64,000 nucleotides of DNA from Trichoplax adhaerens. Its lineage: Eukaryota > Animalia > Placozoa. A model generated the notes under the pieces. It was not told the DNA's origin, made no database searches, and saw only the letters and a list, made by a program, of their open reading frames with translations. Positions 27,573 to 41,574 of the stretch are shown here, one piece after another. Location of the stretch: NCBI RefSeq assembly GCF_000150275.1, contig NW_002060949.1, positions 395,861 to 459,860 on the forward strand, given 5' to 3'. Made by a program: the position numbers and the translations under genes. Position 1 is the first letter of the stretch; each line of letters opens with the position of its first letter.

Positions 27573-30312
27573 CGCGTTTAGGATAATAATGAAGTTTTTG
27601 ATTTTATGAATAACCAGCTATAATAGTTAAGATAACCATATCGTGTTTTATCAGTAAAATCGTCACGGAAAACATTTTTAAGTGCTGCTGCTTACGCTTA
27701 ATTATTTCGTGCAAAAATTCTTGTGCAGCATATGTGTTATATAGGTAATGTCAAAGGCAGGTGTTTCGGTTAGGTTTATATATCTTCGGCGGATAACGCA
27801 TCGTCCGGCGATTACGAAAATTTAATTGGTATTTTACTGTAGCACAGCTCTTTGCTCTTTTTTGAGTTTATTTGTGACCTACATGTATTGTGTATCACTA
27901 TAATACATAGAAGAATAACTTTACTTATATCGTCGTAAGTTGAAATGTTAGCGGAAATACAGGAACAGAATTGTTTCTATATATCTCATACAATGACATT
28001 AATCTCGATGATAGTACATAAATTTTAAATTAAGATCCAATATAAGGATTAAATATAGTAATTGATTAATTAAAATTGATGCTATGGATTGAAAACAGTC
28101 AGATAAGCCCATGCCGTTCAAGTTTATAAGTTATATTTTTTATTTCGTACTTAAAATGCCAATATCTAAAGATAAATTAATGTTGTAATTTCATATTGCC
28201 TAGTTATGCAAATATATTACAAATTCACTTATATTATCTGAATAAGTTGTGGTGTTTTTAATATACTAAATGATCATAATTATTAGCATTTTTCTATTGT
28301 CTGTAAAAATTAATTGTACTATACAATCTATATGTATGCAACCGTTTTATTTTTGGTCAATTTTTAAAGTTAATTTTTGGTAATTGAATCAACGATTTTT
28401 CGTGAACTTCGGAAATTATTGTTTTCTCCATGCGATATCCATGTACCGAGTTATTTCTGTGTTTTGTCGTGGATGATGAATGCGTTTGTCTTTGGAATGT
28501 ATCTGAAGCAATGATTTAATGTCAGGTTAATAAAGGCTGCCATATTATATCGCAGTATCTATCTGCATTGACAAACTAAAATAATATTACCAGAGGTTCG
28601 GTGTACCATCCTATTTCTTGAGCTTCAGTTTGTGGTTCCATGTATTTATGGCTGGGTGTATCATGCGAATGCTTCACTTTTTCGAGAAAATTTGCTATAT
28701 TGTGTAGTTAACGCAGTAGAATAAAGATTTATGATTCATATGATATACGGTACAGTTTGATGGCTTAATTGGTAATTGTTATGGAAAATAAAGCTTATAT
28801 GCAATAGTTAAAAATCTGAAAGTTGTAGATTTACTTTACGCTTTAAAATTATGCAACACAGACGCTAACTGGAATCATCACAAATACTTTACATTTGTCA
28901 TGAACATCGAGTCTACTTAAAGTGCCATCCTTTCAAATTTTATCGAACAGCTTTCAGTGGGAATAGAATTACTGAATTAGGTCTTAAGTACTGTAACATC
29001 AACATTGAAAATAAAATTATATATTGCGTTATTAACTTATTATGTGTTTATGACTTTACTCCGACAGCACGAAAACTAGTGCCTTAGTTGCATTTTGTGT
29101 TTGTCTATGCTTACATACAATGCATAGTCCTGTACATATACATATAGATTTCTGCAATACATTTTGCACTATCCATTGCATTGGTTACATTCTACTGTTT
29201 AGTTATATATGTTATATATTTTAAAAATAAATCCCAACTTCTGCATTACATTTTAAAACTCAAAGTGTAATTTGAGCTAACTCATAAGTAGGACGAATCT
29301 ATAAAAACATAACAGTCACTTACAGTCTGTATTGCTATCGTTGAAGTCTTCATTTTCATTGACTTTGCTTGTTAGTGTGTAAACTATATTAGGATTAAAA
29401 TGGCGACGTTAGGATTAAATTATAATATTGCTTCTACCTTGAAGTGTTATATGGCTTTAAAAAAATATCGGGAAGCGACGATAATATGATTGTCTATATT
29501 ATACTCTTGTGATAGAAATACAGAGATGCTTTTCACTAATAAATAAATCGTATTGTAAACAGTTTTTCCGTAATAAGATCAACCATGATTTATTGCCTTA
29601 CGTTTGTTATAAGGGTTTACATTAAAGGTAGTATAGATCCTTTGCTGGCGTTGCTCTTTTTTGATAGTTTCGCAAAGGATATCATTCTGATGAACGAAGT
29701 TCAGTGGTTCCGTGTCTATCTGTTTCTTCTTGTTAACCGTTGTCCGATTCTTAGTGTCAGCCATGATCTCGTTCCTATAGTAACGATGTACTGTGCAGTA
29801 AGCAATATTTATATATTACAGAGTATATGTACAGTATAGTACATTCATTAGGACTCCACTGGCTAAAGTATTGAGATTGCGTAGTTATCTTACCCTGCAT
29901 AGAGTCTGATCAGAGGTAAATCCCGTACATTTACTGCATTTACAGAGTGAAACTAATGCTGATGTTTCTTTACATACGAGCATGAAGAATTATATTATCA
30001 TATAGTGTAATAAATAAAGCACCACAATATAGTAATATAGTACTGTACAGTAGTATATTTAGTATATTTTGTGCGAAGTATCCCAAGCGAGATATTTCAT
30101 TAGTCATTTTATTAATAGTTGAAAAGTTCAGTGTAGCGTCTTTGTCAGTCAAATTAGGATGTTGTAAGCGAATAACCTGTTAGTAGTGATACATTAACAC
30201 AGTGAGTAAGTAACTATAATTAATAGAAAAAAATAATACTAAACTAAGTGTTAGATACTGTATGCGTGCATCTGGCTTTCATTTGAGCTCCTTCATGTAA
30301 TAACCTTGTAGG

Positions 30313-33300
30313 ATGGCTTCCAGCTGGCACCACAGTAAGAATACAGAAATTGGGATTATAGAGGAGTTACCAAAACGAACATTTCGAAAGATTTCTGGCG
30401 ACAGGTCGAGCAATTTTGAAACATCTGGAATTGTTGTTGATTTTAGAAAATTGCTTGTGAGTGAAAGAAGGATCATTGACTCGGTAAGAGAGGATTTGAG
30501 ATCAAACTATCAAAAGACTGGATTTAATGCATCCGTGTATATATATATATATGTCTGCATTTATGCTGCAAATATTGGTAATTGTGACGGCTTGCATGTT
30601 GTTATTGACAGTCAAAAAGCAACGAATTTTATTGTAATGGTAGGAGGTGAAAATTAAAATTATAGTTACAGAGGCAATGAAGAAAATTTGAAGTTGTTAC
30701 TGCCCAATTAATATGCATTAATTGCTAGGGTTTAGTTGGTAGAGAACTCGCTACCGCAGATAAATAAATATAAACTTATTATTGTGCACGTATGCTTTAA
30801 TTAAGTACCGAAGATATACGTTCAACTATGCTGTTAATTTATATTAAAGGAAAATGAATATATTAACTAGCTGCTTGGTGTTATGCTTACTACAGTATAT
30901 ATTATTACATTAATACGTATTTGAACGTGATGGACGTCGAACTTTCACATTTCAATCAATCGGATGGATGTTGACTTTTGGTGCTTGATTTATTATAAAG
31001 GCGTATTAATGATTTCAGATTTCAAATCGGGATCTCTTACATGCCATCGTTGGACTTTACGATATATGCCTGCCGGATGTCACTCCAGAGGTTATATACG
31101 ATTGCGTGTGCGCAAGATTTTCCAAAACGGTTATTCTTTTGCGGGACATAAATGGTAAGAAATGTGATTTAGTAACATTTAATATGTTTAGATATCTATG
31201 TAATAGTATTATTTTTATATGATCAGTGTATTCGTAATTATTCATTGAAGTATTCTATACAAAAATCATTTTGTATAAATTTGGCATTACAAATTATATA
31301 GTAATACCAGTAATACACTGGTGGAATACCGCTAGTAATCGGCAATCGCTTACCGAGATATTGAAAGAAAAGTTATGACGCTTTTGAGGCTAAAGGATAC
31401 TTATATCGTACTTACGCTTTGATTGACATTTCTGTGTTACTTTCGAGTTTAAGTTATATATTATTATTGCATCAAATAGGTATATTAGATACTTCTGCAA
31501 TATTCTGATTCGATACAGTGTCATGCAGTTAGTAATAATAGTTATGACGTTGTGTTCTTTAGAACTTCATGATTTCAATACAGTAGGTGGGGTAGCGAAG
31601 TTGGAGTTTGTAACATTGAAAAATCGGGTAGTCGATTTGGTATTGATTACGAAAGAATTTGATGAATTCTAACTGTTTAAATAATGTTCCGAGCTATAGC
31701 AGTTCGATACGGCTCAGTCGGTTTAACAAAGCCTGTTCTGCTAACTGTAATTAGCATATAGATTACATAAATAATTTTATAATAGCAGATATTATTACTG
31801 ATTCTCTAACGATTAAGATACTACGTAATAGTACAAGCTCTGACAGACAAGAAAAATCTTCTTACAACCACAGATCTCAGAAAAGAGGGACTAAGAACGA
31901 TAATAATAGAATAACGTTGCTGCTTAAATACGTTATTCAACTTGTTTATAATATAAAAGTTATAAACAACGTCTCTAAACACTTACAGAACTTAGCTTGA
32001 GAGCAAAATTCTGTGATTATTGTTATATTCTACGACGCAGAAATCAATATAGTTAAATAATAATTGCTATAAACATTGCTTGTACGGTTTACACCTATTA
32101 TTGTTAACTGTCTAATAAATGCGTCTCACAATAACTCTCTTAGTCAAATGGTATTTTCTAAAAGGCTTTTATTGCAAGGTTTTAGGAATAGTGGAGCAAT
32201 AATTAATTACTACAAGAACCTAGTCCAAATCTAAACTATTCTGAGCTCAAAGCGAAGTGAAGTCTCTTCTCTTCCGTGAGCTCATCTCTGCGGTTATTAT
32301 AAACATTTCGTTAAATCCATTTATGACAAATTGATTAATTTACAATCAGACATGAGTCATCAAACAAAATACTTTTCTCTAATAGTAAGTCATTATTTTC
32401 CACAATCTGAATCATTCTACTTAAGATGTCACTACTCTCCTATTAACGTCTAGGCCCTTTCTCCGCATGGCATCTTAACAACTATAGTTTTTCTAGCCAT
32501 ATAAATCTTGTATCATAATTAGTCAACTGGCTACTATTAGTCATCAACAATTTCTAATATAGTAGTTAGCAATCGTTTAATATTAGCTTCGCGATGATAT
32601 CTATTCAAAGTAACCTAGCTATATCAAATATAGCTATCCGTATAATCGAATATGGGTGCATCACTACACTGTCTTAGATTTTGTGATTATTTTTAAGTTA
32701 TATCTAATTTACTTGTACAGTACATAGTACGTTGACAACAATAGCTTATTTAACAGTATCACTACAGTCGGTTGCAAATGTCTTGGATGATTATCCAGTA
32801 CTTTAAAATTTAGAAGATGCAATCATTATTACGACTGCACAATGAATTTTTTGTATATAGTCTGCGGAGAAGAGTGGGACCTTTGTCTGTATTGGTTAAA
32901 TACTAGTAGATTGGTGTGGGAGACTTTAATTACTTTATTCATTTCATGCATGAATACATGCTGTACGACACTATTTTCTTGTTATATAATTTAAAGTCTC
33001 TATGATAGGTTTATTACGAAATGAGATTATTAGCATGTATAAGTAGCTTCTATAGTATAATCTGATTACAATATTAACTGATTCTGTTGGACTATTGAAC
33101 AATAGTAATACATCTTCACTTAAGTTTAAAATTTATAGTATTTAAGTTTATAGATTAAATATATTCGCCTAAATGTAATCGCGGATATATATTATCACTT
33201 ATAGTGATTCATCGGTCATTATCTTATTTTCGAGAATGCTATCGCGTACCCTAGTTTTTAGAATGTGTTCTTAGCAGCATTAGCTTAGTTCAGTTCAATA

Positions 33301-36300
33301 ACAATAAAGATTTAGTCCAATATTCTAGCTTTATCGGATTCGTCTGAAAATTTCTGGCTAATCTTCCTTGTTACAAAGTAGAAGTATTTCGAAACTGTAA
33401 CAGGATTGCAAAATTCCCATTCTTAGAGCCGTCTCATTTTTTTATACTAGATATCAAAGGATCAATGATAGTAAATGAGCAAAAGGAGCAAAATGACTGT
33501 GATGTGGATGATGGAGGCTCTACCAAGTCTGTTGATCAAGGTGAAATATGTTGTATCTATCTGTAATTGGCATGCATTGTGTTCATAGTGTGCATGGGAA
33601 ATCTCATTTTATGCATTGTGTATAAATAGTTTTGTGTCGCTAGAGGTGGCTATGTAGTAGATATCAAGTTGGTTATCTTACATAATAACTAGTTGCTTTG
33701 CATTCCTTATACCGTATCCAGCAGTTTGTGGAGTTGCAAACCCTGAAACGCCGATAATGAAATTAAGAATATGATAAAACACGCATTTACAGATTAAGAC
33801 TATAGTAAATCCTTACTTGAAAATTCTTTTAAAATTTAGTATTTAGAGGCGAACAGAGAAGTATCTTTACGGGAATTTATAGCGATTCAGAAGAAAGCGT
33901 ATTGGCTTCGTCGGCGGATAGGTCTGTTGATTGGTATTCCTGTATAAAAGAACATCTACATCATCAATTACATATTCGTCAACTTTAGTAGTTAAATGCT
34001 AAATGTCGGAAGAGGCTTCAGCCTAATGGAGATTACGAAAGATTAAATACAATGGATAATCACTTTTCTATATTAAAGCTTAAATCTGTGTGATTATAAT
34101 TCCTTAAGCATTTATTTAAGGATATAAAGCTAGAGTTTGCAAATAAGTCTTAATGATGTGCGTACGCATAATTTTATACATACCGTACAGTGTACGAGTT
34201 CACTTGCGGAAATGATATCAGATATTTTTTGGGCTTATAGCAGTGAAAGCGATAACTCTGAAGAGGAGAATTATAGTGCTGGAATTGATGAGTTTATAGA
34301 GGCCGCCCGTGAACGTCGTAGAATGATTGCGGATTCTACAGGTAGTAATAGATAGGCTTAAATTAGTACCGATAACAGTTGGCTTACCTGAATGAAAAGT
34401 AGGATAATTTAATGATTGTCTGTTAATATTATAAGGATTGGTAGATCTCGTAGTGCGGTAGGCGAGAGATGTGTAGTTTTGTTAGCGATTGATCCTTAGT
34501 ATTAGAGTCGCATTGTAGGCTAATGGCAGCGAGGACAAGCATTTCAGCAGGCTCATAGTAGCTTGGTTTGTCGTTACAAATTTCGATTTACAACAGTGTC
34601 AAATTGGTCCTGTCTTGGTGATTAATTTAATTTGAACTGGTTGTAGGCCTGTACTAATTCTATATAATCAATCTGATTGAAAACATTGATAAATTTGTTG
34701 AGTAGATGTGGATATAAAATGGAATGATTGATTAATTTATGCCATTAGAAATTGATAGACAAGATGTAGGAGTTGTCGGTCTCACTGAAAACTTGACATC
34801 ATATTGTACTTGGTACGACGGATTCTATGTTAATAGGGGGAGAATTGTCTACGAAGTTGATTGGTCCTGAATGCTTGTTAGTAGGATGTGCTACATTTGA
34901 AAGGGCTTACAGGTATGGTAACAATTGAACGATTTGTACTGTGCAATATTGCTTCATAGCTGTTGAGGTAATCTGCTCAAAGCTACTAGTTGATTAATTA
35001 TTGCGGCATACGCGGACAATTTGCACTAACAATTTGTGTATTAAGACATTTATCTGGAGATTATTTATTTGAGAGCACCTAATTTAAAAAACGGAGGCAT
35101 TAGTGATAAAGTAAATCGAAAGTAAGAACCTTATTCATTTCTTTACAGTTTAAATTAATAACATGAAGTCTTGTAATACTGCATGTTTTGTATATTGTAT
35201 TTTTAGGAGTGTAATGCTAATTACGATAGTTACTTTATTTACAGTTGACGGCTTGTGAGAGGGAAATTTCAGTAAAAATCTATAACTTGCAAATGGTTGG
35301 AAGTATCTTATTTAACCATTGGTCTATTGATACGCTAGTTTTACTTATAATTAGCTTGATTTTATATCGCTTCGCTAATAAAAGTATTATATTAAACATT
35401 TCAACTTTTTCGTAATATTTATGACAATAAGCAATGTTTAATGCCATAGTGTGATAAATATGCTCCTGTTATATATATAATTATTATTTACAACAAGTAC
35501 TAATCACGAAACGATTTCGAGTAAAATTGAATTTAATTACTGATTTTGGTTAACCAAATTTCTACAACGGGAAATTATCGTTTCAAGAATAAGTACCATT
35601 CTAACTCTATTGATATAGCTTCTTATATAGCTAGTTTGTTTACGACACCCAAAATAATTGAGAAGAAATAGCTGAATCAATCATTTACCCATTAGACTTA
35701 GCATTAAAATGAATGAATCTCTACGATTACTATAGCTTCCTACGAAACTGAGATTGGTAAACTTATGGTATTGGCAACATGACAATACTTGTACTAGCTG
35801 TCATTAATAATTTATAAATGACTCCAAACTGTTGACGAGGGCATGCATTATGTTATTATACACCGCTCGTGCATGATGTTGTGGATTGCATTTGGTTACG
35901 TGATAATATAATATTTGATAAGATTAAAGTACAAAATAGCCTGCGATTAGTACCGTTCACAGCAACCTGGACCAGTTTAAATTTCAAAATTTTAGCGTAA
36001 ATGCACTTCTCATAGCTTTGCAAGGTAATGCTGTTCTTTGGGTCATGAAACATACTTGAAATTGTTACAAAGGAATGCTAAATTATCAAGCGTGTTAACG
36101 ATGTTATTACCTACGAGCTTAGTTTCATTTTTTAACGTAGACGAGGAAATGAGAGAGTTGGACAGATTAGTTTGCTGGCTGTGAGAAATAGATATAGGCG
36201 ATGCCATATTGGAAAGTATCTGCTTGAGGTAATTTTTATATGCAATTCTTTACGCCAGCATTGTCATGTTATATGCGAGCGAGATGTATATGCAACTTTT

Positions 36301-39300
36301 TTATTGCCTTGAGATCGTTTGTGAAAGAGAGTAAGTATGACCATAATAGAGTGTAGGTCAAGTCAAATGGCTGAATAGAATTAGAAATGTTGCTAGCTAT
36401 ATTTAATTTTTATTCGATTTAAAATTTAAGAGTTACTTGGATGTAAGTTTTATTTAATATCCCAGTTGAACTGTCGATGAAGATGTACATGCGTGATATT
36501 GCAGTAGAGTATTTGCTTACCAATAGAATATTCCAATGAGTTTACGATTAAGATTTCATTTGACTGTCTTGAGGAATTATTATTGCAAAGTAAATTAATT
36601 TTCTATGTTATATGATTATTTTGTGTATTTTTCTTGTAATTTATCGGTGAAATTGTTTTAATTGATAGATAATTATGAATGTGAATATAATGGGGGAATA
36701 CGATGCGATCGCAGCGTACGTAGATGACGGTGCCAAAGATTTCTTTTTAAATAATGGATTCAGCGATGATGTCTTGCTAAACAGCCGGTACAAGTATGTG
36801 CGAATGCAGTGCAGTTTAAGAGATCCATATGTATAATACTTTGAGACGTTTAATTATTTAAGACCTTTAGTATGTAGAATCATCAAGCTCGATATTTTTC
36901 AAACTATACATAATATAATTAATGAATTATTGGCCAACCTCTTTGCTCGTAGTTGTTTAGTTTTTGGAAAAGGTTGCTTTTTACAGGTTTAGGTTTATGA
37001 GTATATGTCCATGAGGCTTTATTTTGAGTGCAGTAGTAACATAATTAATTACTATACTTATATACTGTAAGTGAAGTCTCTTGATCAAGTGGATACAAAA
37101 TTAACTCGGTGTTCAAGTGGTGGTAGTTGTGTTAAAAATTTAATCCTTTTGGAAGTACTGTACTTTATAAAAAATGTACATTGTAGTAAAGTTAGATTTA
37201 TAGATTTCTATTGACATGGACTTCTTTTGAAATTTTGGTTTGTTACCGTCTGTATCACTAAAGGACAGTCAATTTATTGTGATAGCATACTGTACTTTTA
37301 AATTAAATTATTATTATAACTCTTTCTTTACCTTATTAGGAAGTATATCAATCACTGGATTAACAGTACATTGATGTGCTACTTGCCAATGGTTTCAGGT
37401 AGAGGAATAGCTAGATTGACAGTAAACAGCAGTGTAGGCGTAAAAATTTACATTGAACAGCAACATAGGTTTTAAAAATGACATCAATACGAAAGAATTA
37501 ATTACTTTAAAGTAGAACAATGTAACGCATACCCTGTATTGTCGCAACGTTCATTGTAGGTGTTTTACCGTTCGATAACAATTTGTATTTGACTGAACGC
37601 TTTAGCTGTTAATATAAACAACGCCGGTAGTCTTGATGAAATTGTTGAAGAATGTGAAAAATGGTGAGTTAGAAAAAGGATTATAGTATTGATAGAACGT
37701 GTTGATTTAGTGTTGAAATTGTAGTTATAATTCGATGTAATACTGGATATATAAAAAACGGGTATACCGATTTTAGGAGACAGAAAAGTCTCGAGGCTTA
37801 TCAAATGCAAGCTGGCTGCATGTTTAAGATGGTACATGAAAACCATCAGCTTAGGAAAACGGTCGATAAATTGAAGATTCTTTCTCTGTGTTTATTGTAT
37901 ATATAATTCTTGTAATCAAATGCATCATAATAATAATAATAATAATAATAATGTGCCATTTGTCTTGGAAATAACCGTTATGCTATGAAATAGGTAAAAG
38001 AGCAGACTGAGTTGATCAAAGATTTGGAAGATCGCTTAAGTAGAAAACAGCAGCAATTGGAATATATTGGTATTACTTACTATAGACTAGTACTGCATCA
38101 ATATGGAATAGTGGAGCAGGAATTAACTTCAATGTTGTGATTTGAAATGTAGAAAAAGAATTTACTAGGTATCGTCAGAAAGTTGCAGTAGGTAAATGCA
38201 CATGTTTGGTTTGGTAGTTATCATTGCTCGTAATACGTTTTATTTGAATTCGGTTGGATGTGTCAATAGAAAGTTGACATGGTGGTAAGAAATGAAATTT
38301 ATTATGATGTATTTCTGTTGCCAGATTCTAGAGAGTTGTCAAGAATGACTGAAGATGTAGAAAGGCTACATTTGAGTGATAATAGATCACAAAGTATGAC
38401 TGATTAGTTTTGGGTGTTGATGGAAATATTAATATAATAATAGGTAATTATAGAAATTTGTAGCTGTCCATTGAAGTAAGGAAATTTTTTGTTGATATGG
38501 TTTTGCAGATTTTGTTGGGAAGTTTGGTTGTAGAGATGAAATTCTGAAAGAATTACGGTATCCAGTTGAGGAATTTGTAAAGTGTATGGAACAATGTATG
38601 CAATCTGGTAGCAGCGTTGAAGTACAAGAAATCTATCAGGTTAAATATGGATTATTATTTTTCTATTAAACGACGAGATTTCCATCGCCTCTTTTATATA
38701 GAGAATATGTGATTGTTGTTTTCTACTACAGTGGGGCAGGAAATAGACTATAAATGGTAGTTGTTATTATTATTATGATTATTTAGTCCTAGAAGATGTC
38801 AACTGCTAGTATTATTATATTACTATTATTTAAGGATAGCATTGACATAGTAGGGTATGTGCTTGGTTTATAGGTTTCTGAGAATGCTAAATCAAAAATT
38901 CAAAATAATTTTGATTCTTGCGTGAACTCTTTTGGAGATAATGCTTCTGTGCTAACGTTGTATTATTGTGGAGGTAAAAGCGGCTTAAAGGGAATATTAG
39001 AAAATGGTTTTACTACAGAAGGTAAAAGCTATGTAGTAGGACACGATAAGACAATCGTGCATACCGTTAGTGTAGTTAGCTTAAGGTAATAATTGATGCT
39101 GTGCTTTTGAAACAATTAGGTTGTCCAGTACGGTACAATAGAGAATTATGAGCTAACTTAGTTAGTCCTAGTTGATGTCATTGCTACCCAATTGTATTTT
39201 ATTTATTTACTTACAATACTGTAATCAAAGATTGTCAACGTGTAGCAATATGATTAACTGATTTTATTATGGAGTATTTATTGATGGATATAATCAGTTG

Positions 39301-40551
39301 TACTTGATACAAATGCGGTAGTGCAGTACTGGAGAGTATGATCGTAGTAGTAGTTTATTATGATTTCATTTGGAGTGCAATATTCGTTTAGGTGAGGGAT
39401 AAGGAATAGCGTAAAAAGTGGGATATTGACAGGGTGATTTCTACTTGTAGTAGTGTGTATTTTTAGAGTATTGATGATGATAATATGATAATAATTATAA
39501 TAATTTATTGCTGTGATTCATTCATTCATTCAATTATTGTTATGGACGTATGATAAAAATACGAACGTGAAAGAATTTGTAAGAGATATTTTTGGGCAAG
39601 GGTTGTATTTTTCAAAATACGCAACACAAGCGATTTATTTCAGCAAGGTAATGAAGTCAATGTACTGTACTTTTTGTTTATTTATGATGTGGAAGTGTTG
39701 CAGTAGGTAGGTTTGTAATGGATAAGTAGGAAAGTTAACGTCAGTATAAATTACGTAAGATATAGTAATAATAATATAGGAGTAGTAGTACAGTACAGTA
39801 GAGAAATGATAATGCTGTCTATCATTGTTATGATGATTAGTGAAACGTATACAGTCGATGTACTGTACAGTATTTCATAATATGCATAATAGAGCAATAA
39901 AGAGAATAATTTATGTTGCGAATTTTTATTGTAGCCAGATGAGGTTTTGATTGCAAGAGTGGCTCTTGGTCGAGTAGAGTCGGTTGTGAGAAGTGATGAA
40001 AACTGGTACAATTGTGCTTGTGTTTTTGTAGCATTCTATGTTGATTGATGATTGTGTTTGTTCATTCGATGTTGTATCTTTGCTTGTATTAGTTGCACAC
40101 CACCGGAAGGTTTTGATTCTATCTTGGTAAGGAGGAGCTAGTGTGTATGATTATAGTTCATTAGTGATGTTAAGTTTCGTGTGTTTTGTGTTGGTATGGG
40201 TAGAAAATATATTTATTTATGAATTAAGAAAGTACTAATATAGACTTTGCTGTATTGCTAGTGATAATTGATGTTATGGCTTGTGTATGTGTCAATGATG
40301 TGAATTGATATTTTATGGCAGACTAAAGGAAGACATTCTATAACTTATCAAAGAGATCCACTGTATAAGCATGAATATATTCTATTTCGTCCTGAGCAGG
40401 TACTATCATACTCAATCACATCAAGGTAGTCGATTGCGTAGATACTGTATAATGAAAGGAGATTCACTAAGTAAGTTGATTGGAATTTGGTCTATAGGCG
40501 ATGCCTATCTGTGCTGTGAAGTACGTGATTAAAACAAGAAGCGGCCCTTAG
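30313..40551 (+). CDS. GCN5-like GNAT acetyltransferase + coiled coil + PARP-like ADP-ribosyltransferase domain fusion (~20 exons)
   Basis: Phase-consistent exons from 31019 to the stop at 40549-40551. GNAT part: LLHAIVGLYDICLPDVTPEVIYDCVCARFSKTVILLRD, an acidic insert, LLVGCATFER, VGQISLLAVRNRYRRCHIGKYLLE, AIAAYVDDGAKDFFLNNGFSDD, YINHWINSTLMCYLP. Coiled coil: VKEQTELIKDLEDRLSRKQQQLEYIEKEF. PARP-like part: LTLYYCGG...ILENGF, FGQGLYFSKYATQAIYFS, VLIARVALG, PPEGFDSI, HEYILFRPEQAMPICAVKY. The 5' exon structure (30313-30638) is uncertain. Confidence 0.8.
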
Positions 40552-41258
40552 AGTATGCTACTACACTAGCTGAACATGGTAGAAAGATTTGGAAAAGAGA
40601 GATTTTCGATTTAGTGAAGATTGGGAAATTAGTATGTGTATGTCTAGTTTTATGCTATTGAAATTATAGTGTCAATTGTCCTTACTGATAGGTGATTAAT
40701 ATCGTTGGAGGTAGATATTACGGTTAGTGTGACTTGTCGCGCATCACGATTTTGGAGAATTTAAAAGTGTCAATTAATAAATTAACGAAATCAACAGAAT
40801 CCTGTACAGTGGAGTTGTTATGAAGTAAGAGTACTAAGTGTGAAATATGTATTTTTTGTATTAAGCATACGTACCGCTGCCATGTGTAGAAATATGTAGT
40901 GGAAAAAATCAGTATGGGTAAAATGTGGTAGCGAGGTGAAATTGATATACAGTACTGTATTGTAGGATTATAAGGGGAAGGGAACTGTAGAGTGAATCCC
41001 TCCTGTAGATATTAACTTTATAATCTTCTTACCTATGGAAAATTTGGTAATTTGCGATACTCTGGAAACGTAATTGTTACTTTTTAATTAGTGCACAGTA
41101 TGGTTCTATTTTATAAGTATCGGATACTTTTTGAGTACTGCAAAGCGGATATAATGTACAGTAGGTCTTTTCTTTTTGAAAGCACATGGCAGCCGCCGCG
41201 TGTTGCGTGTTTTTTACGCGTCGTCAACGCATGTTTTCATAAGCAATACTGCTTTGAA

Positions 41259-41425
41259 GTACAGTACAGTGTACAGTACAGTGTACAGTACACGAGGACT
41301 TGTAAAGTACTGTACAGTACAGTATAACAATGTTACAGTACGGTACAGAGCAGCTCTGTATTGGCAGGTACTGTACTGTACTGTACTGTACGAATACTTA
41401 CCAAGTTACAGTACTTAGTACTGTA
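41259..41425. repeat. TACTG/CAGTA array upstream of U6
   Basis: gtacagtacagtgtacagtacagtgtacagtac...gtactgtactgtactgtactgtac, ending ~95 bp before U6 +1. Confidence 0.8.
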
Positions 41426-41486
41426 AAAAATGCAAATAAGCACATATTAAAGCGCCTATAATAGAAGTAAAAGATTCTTAAGTTAC

Positions 41487-41495
41487 ATATATATT
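41487..41495 (+). promoter_or_regulatory. TATA box of a type-3 Pol III (U6) promoter
   Basis: atatatatt lies about -31 to -23 from the U6 first G (41518), the expected position. Confidence 0.65.
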
Positions 41496-41517
41496 AATAC
41501 GTGAACTTTAACCTAAC

Positions 41518-41539
41518 GTATTACCTTGTGTAATACATT

Positions 41540-41574
<35 letters not shown>

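Noticed and set aside
30964-31158. ORF frame DFKSGSLTCHRWTLRYMPAGC as the coding exon
   Set aside because: The alternative frame ISNRDLLHAIVGLYDICLPD gives the GCN5-like match and the right phase for the next exon.
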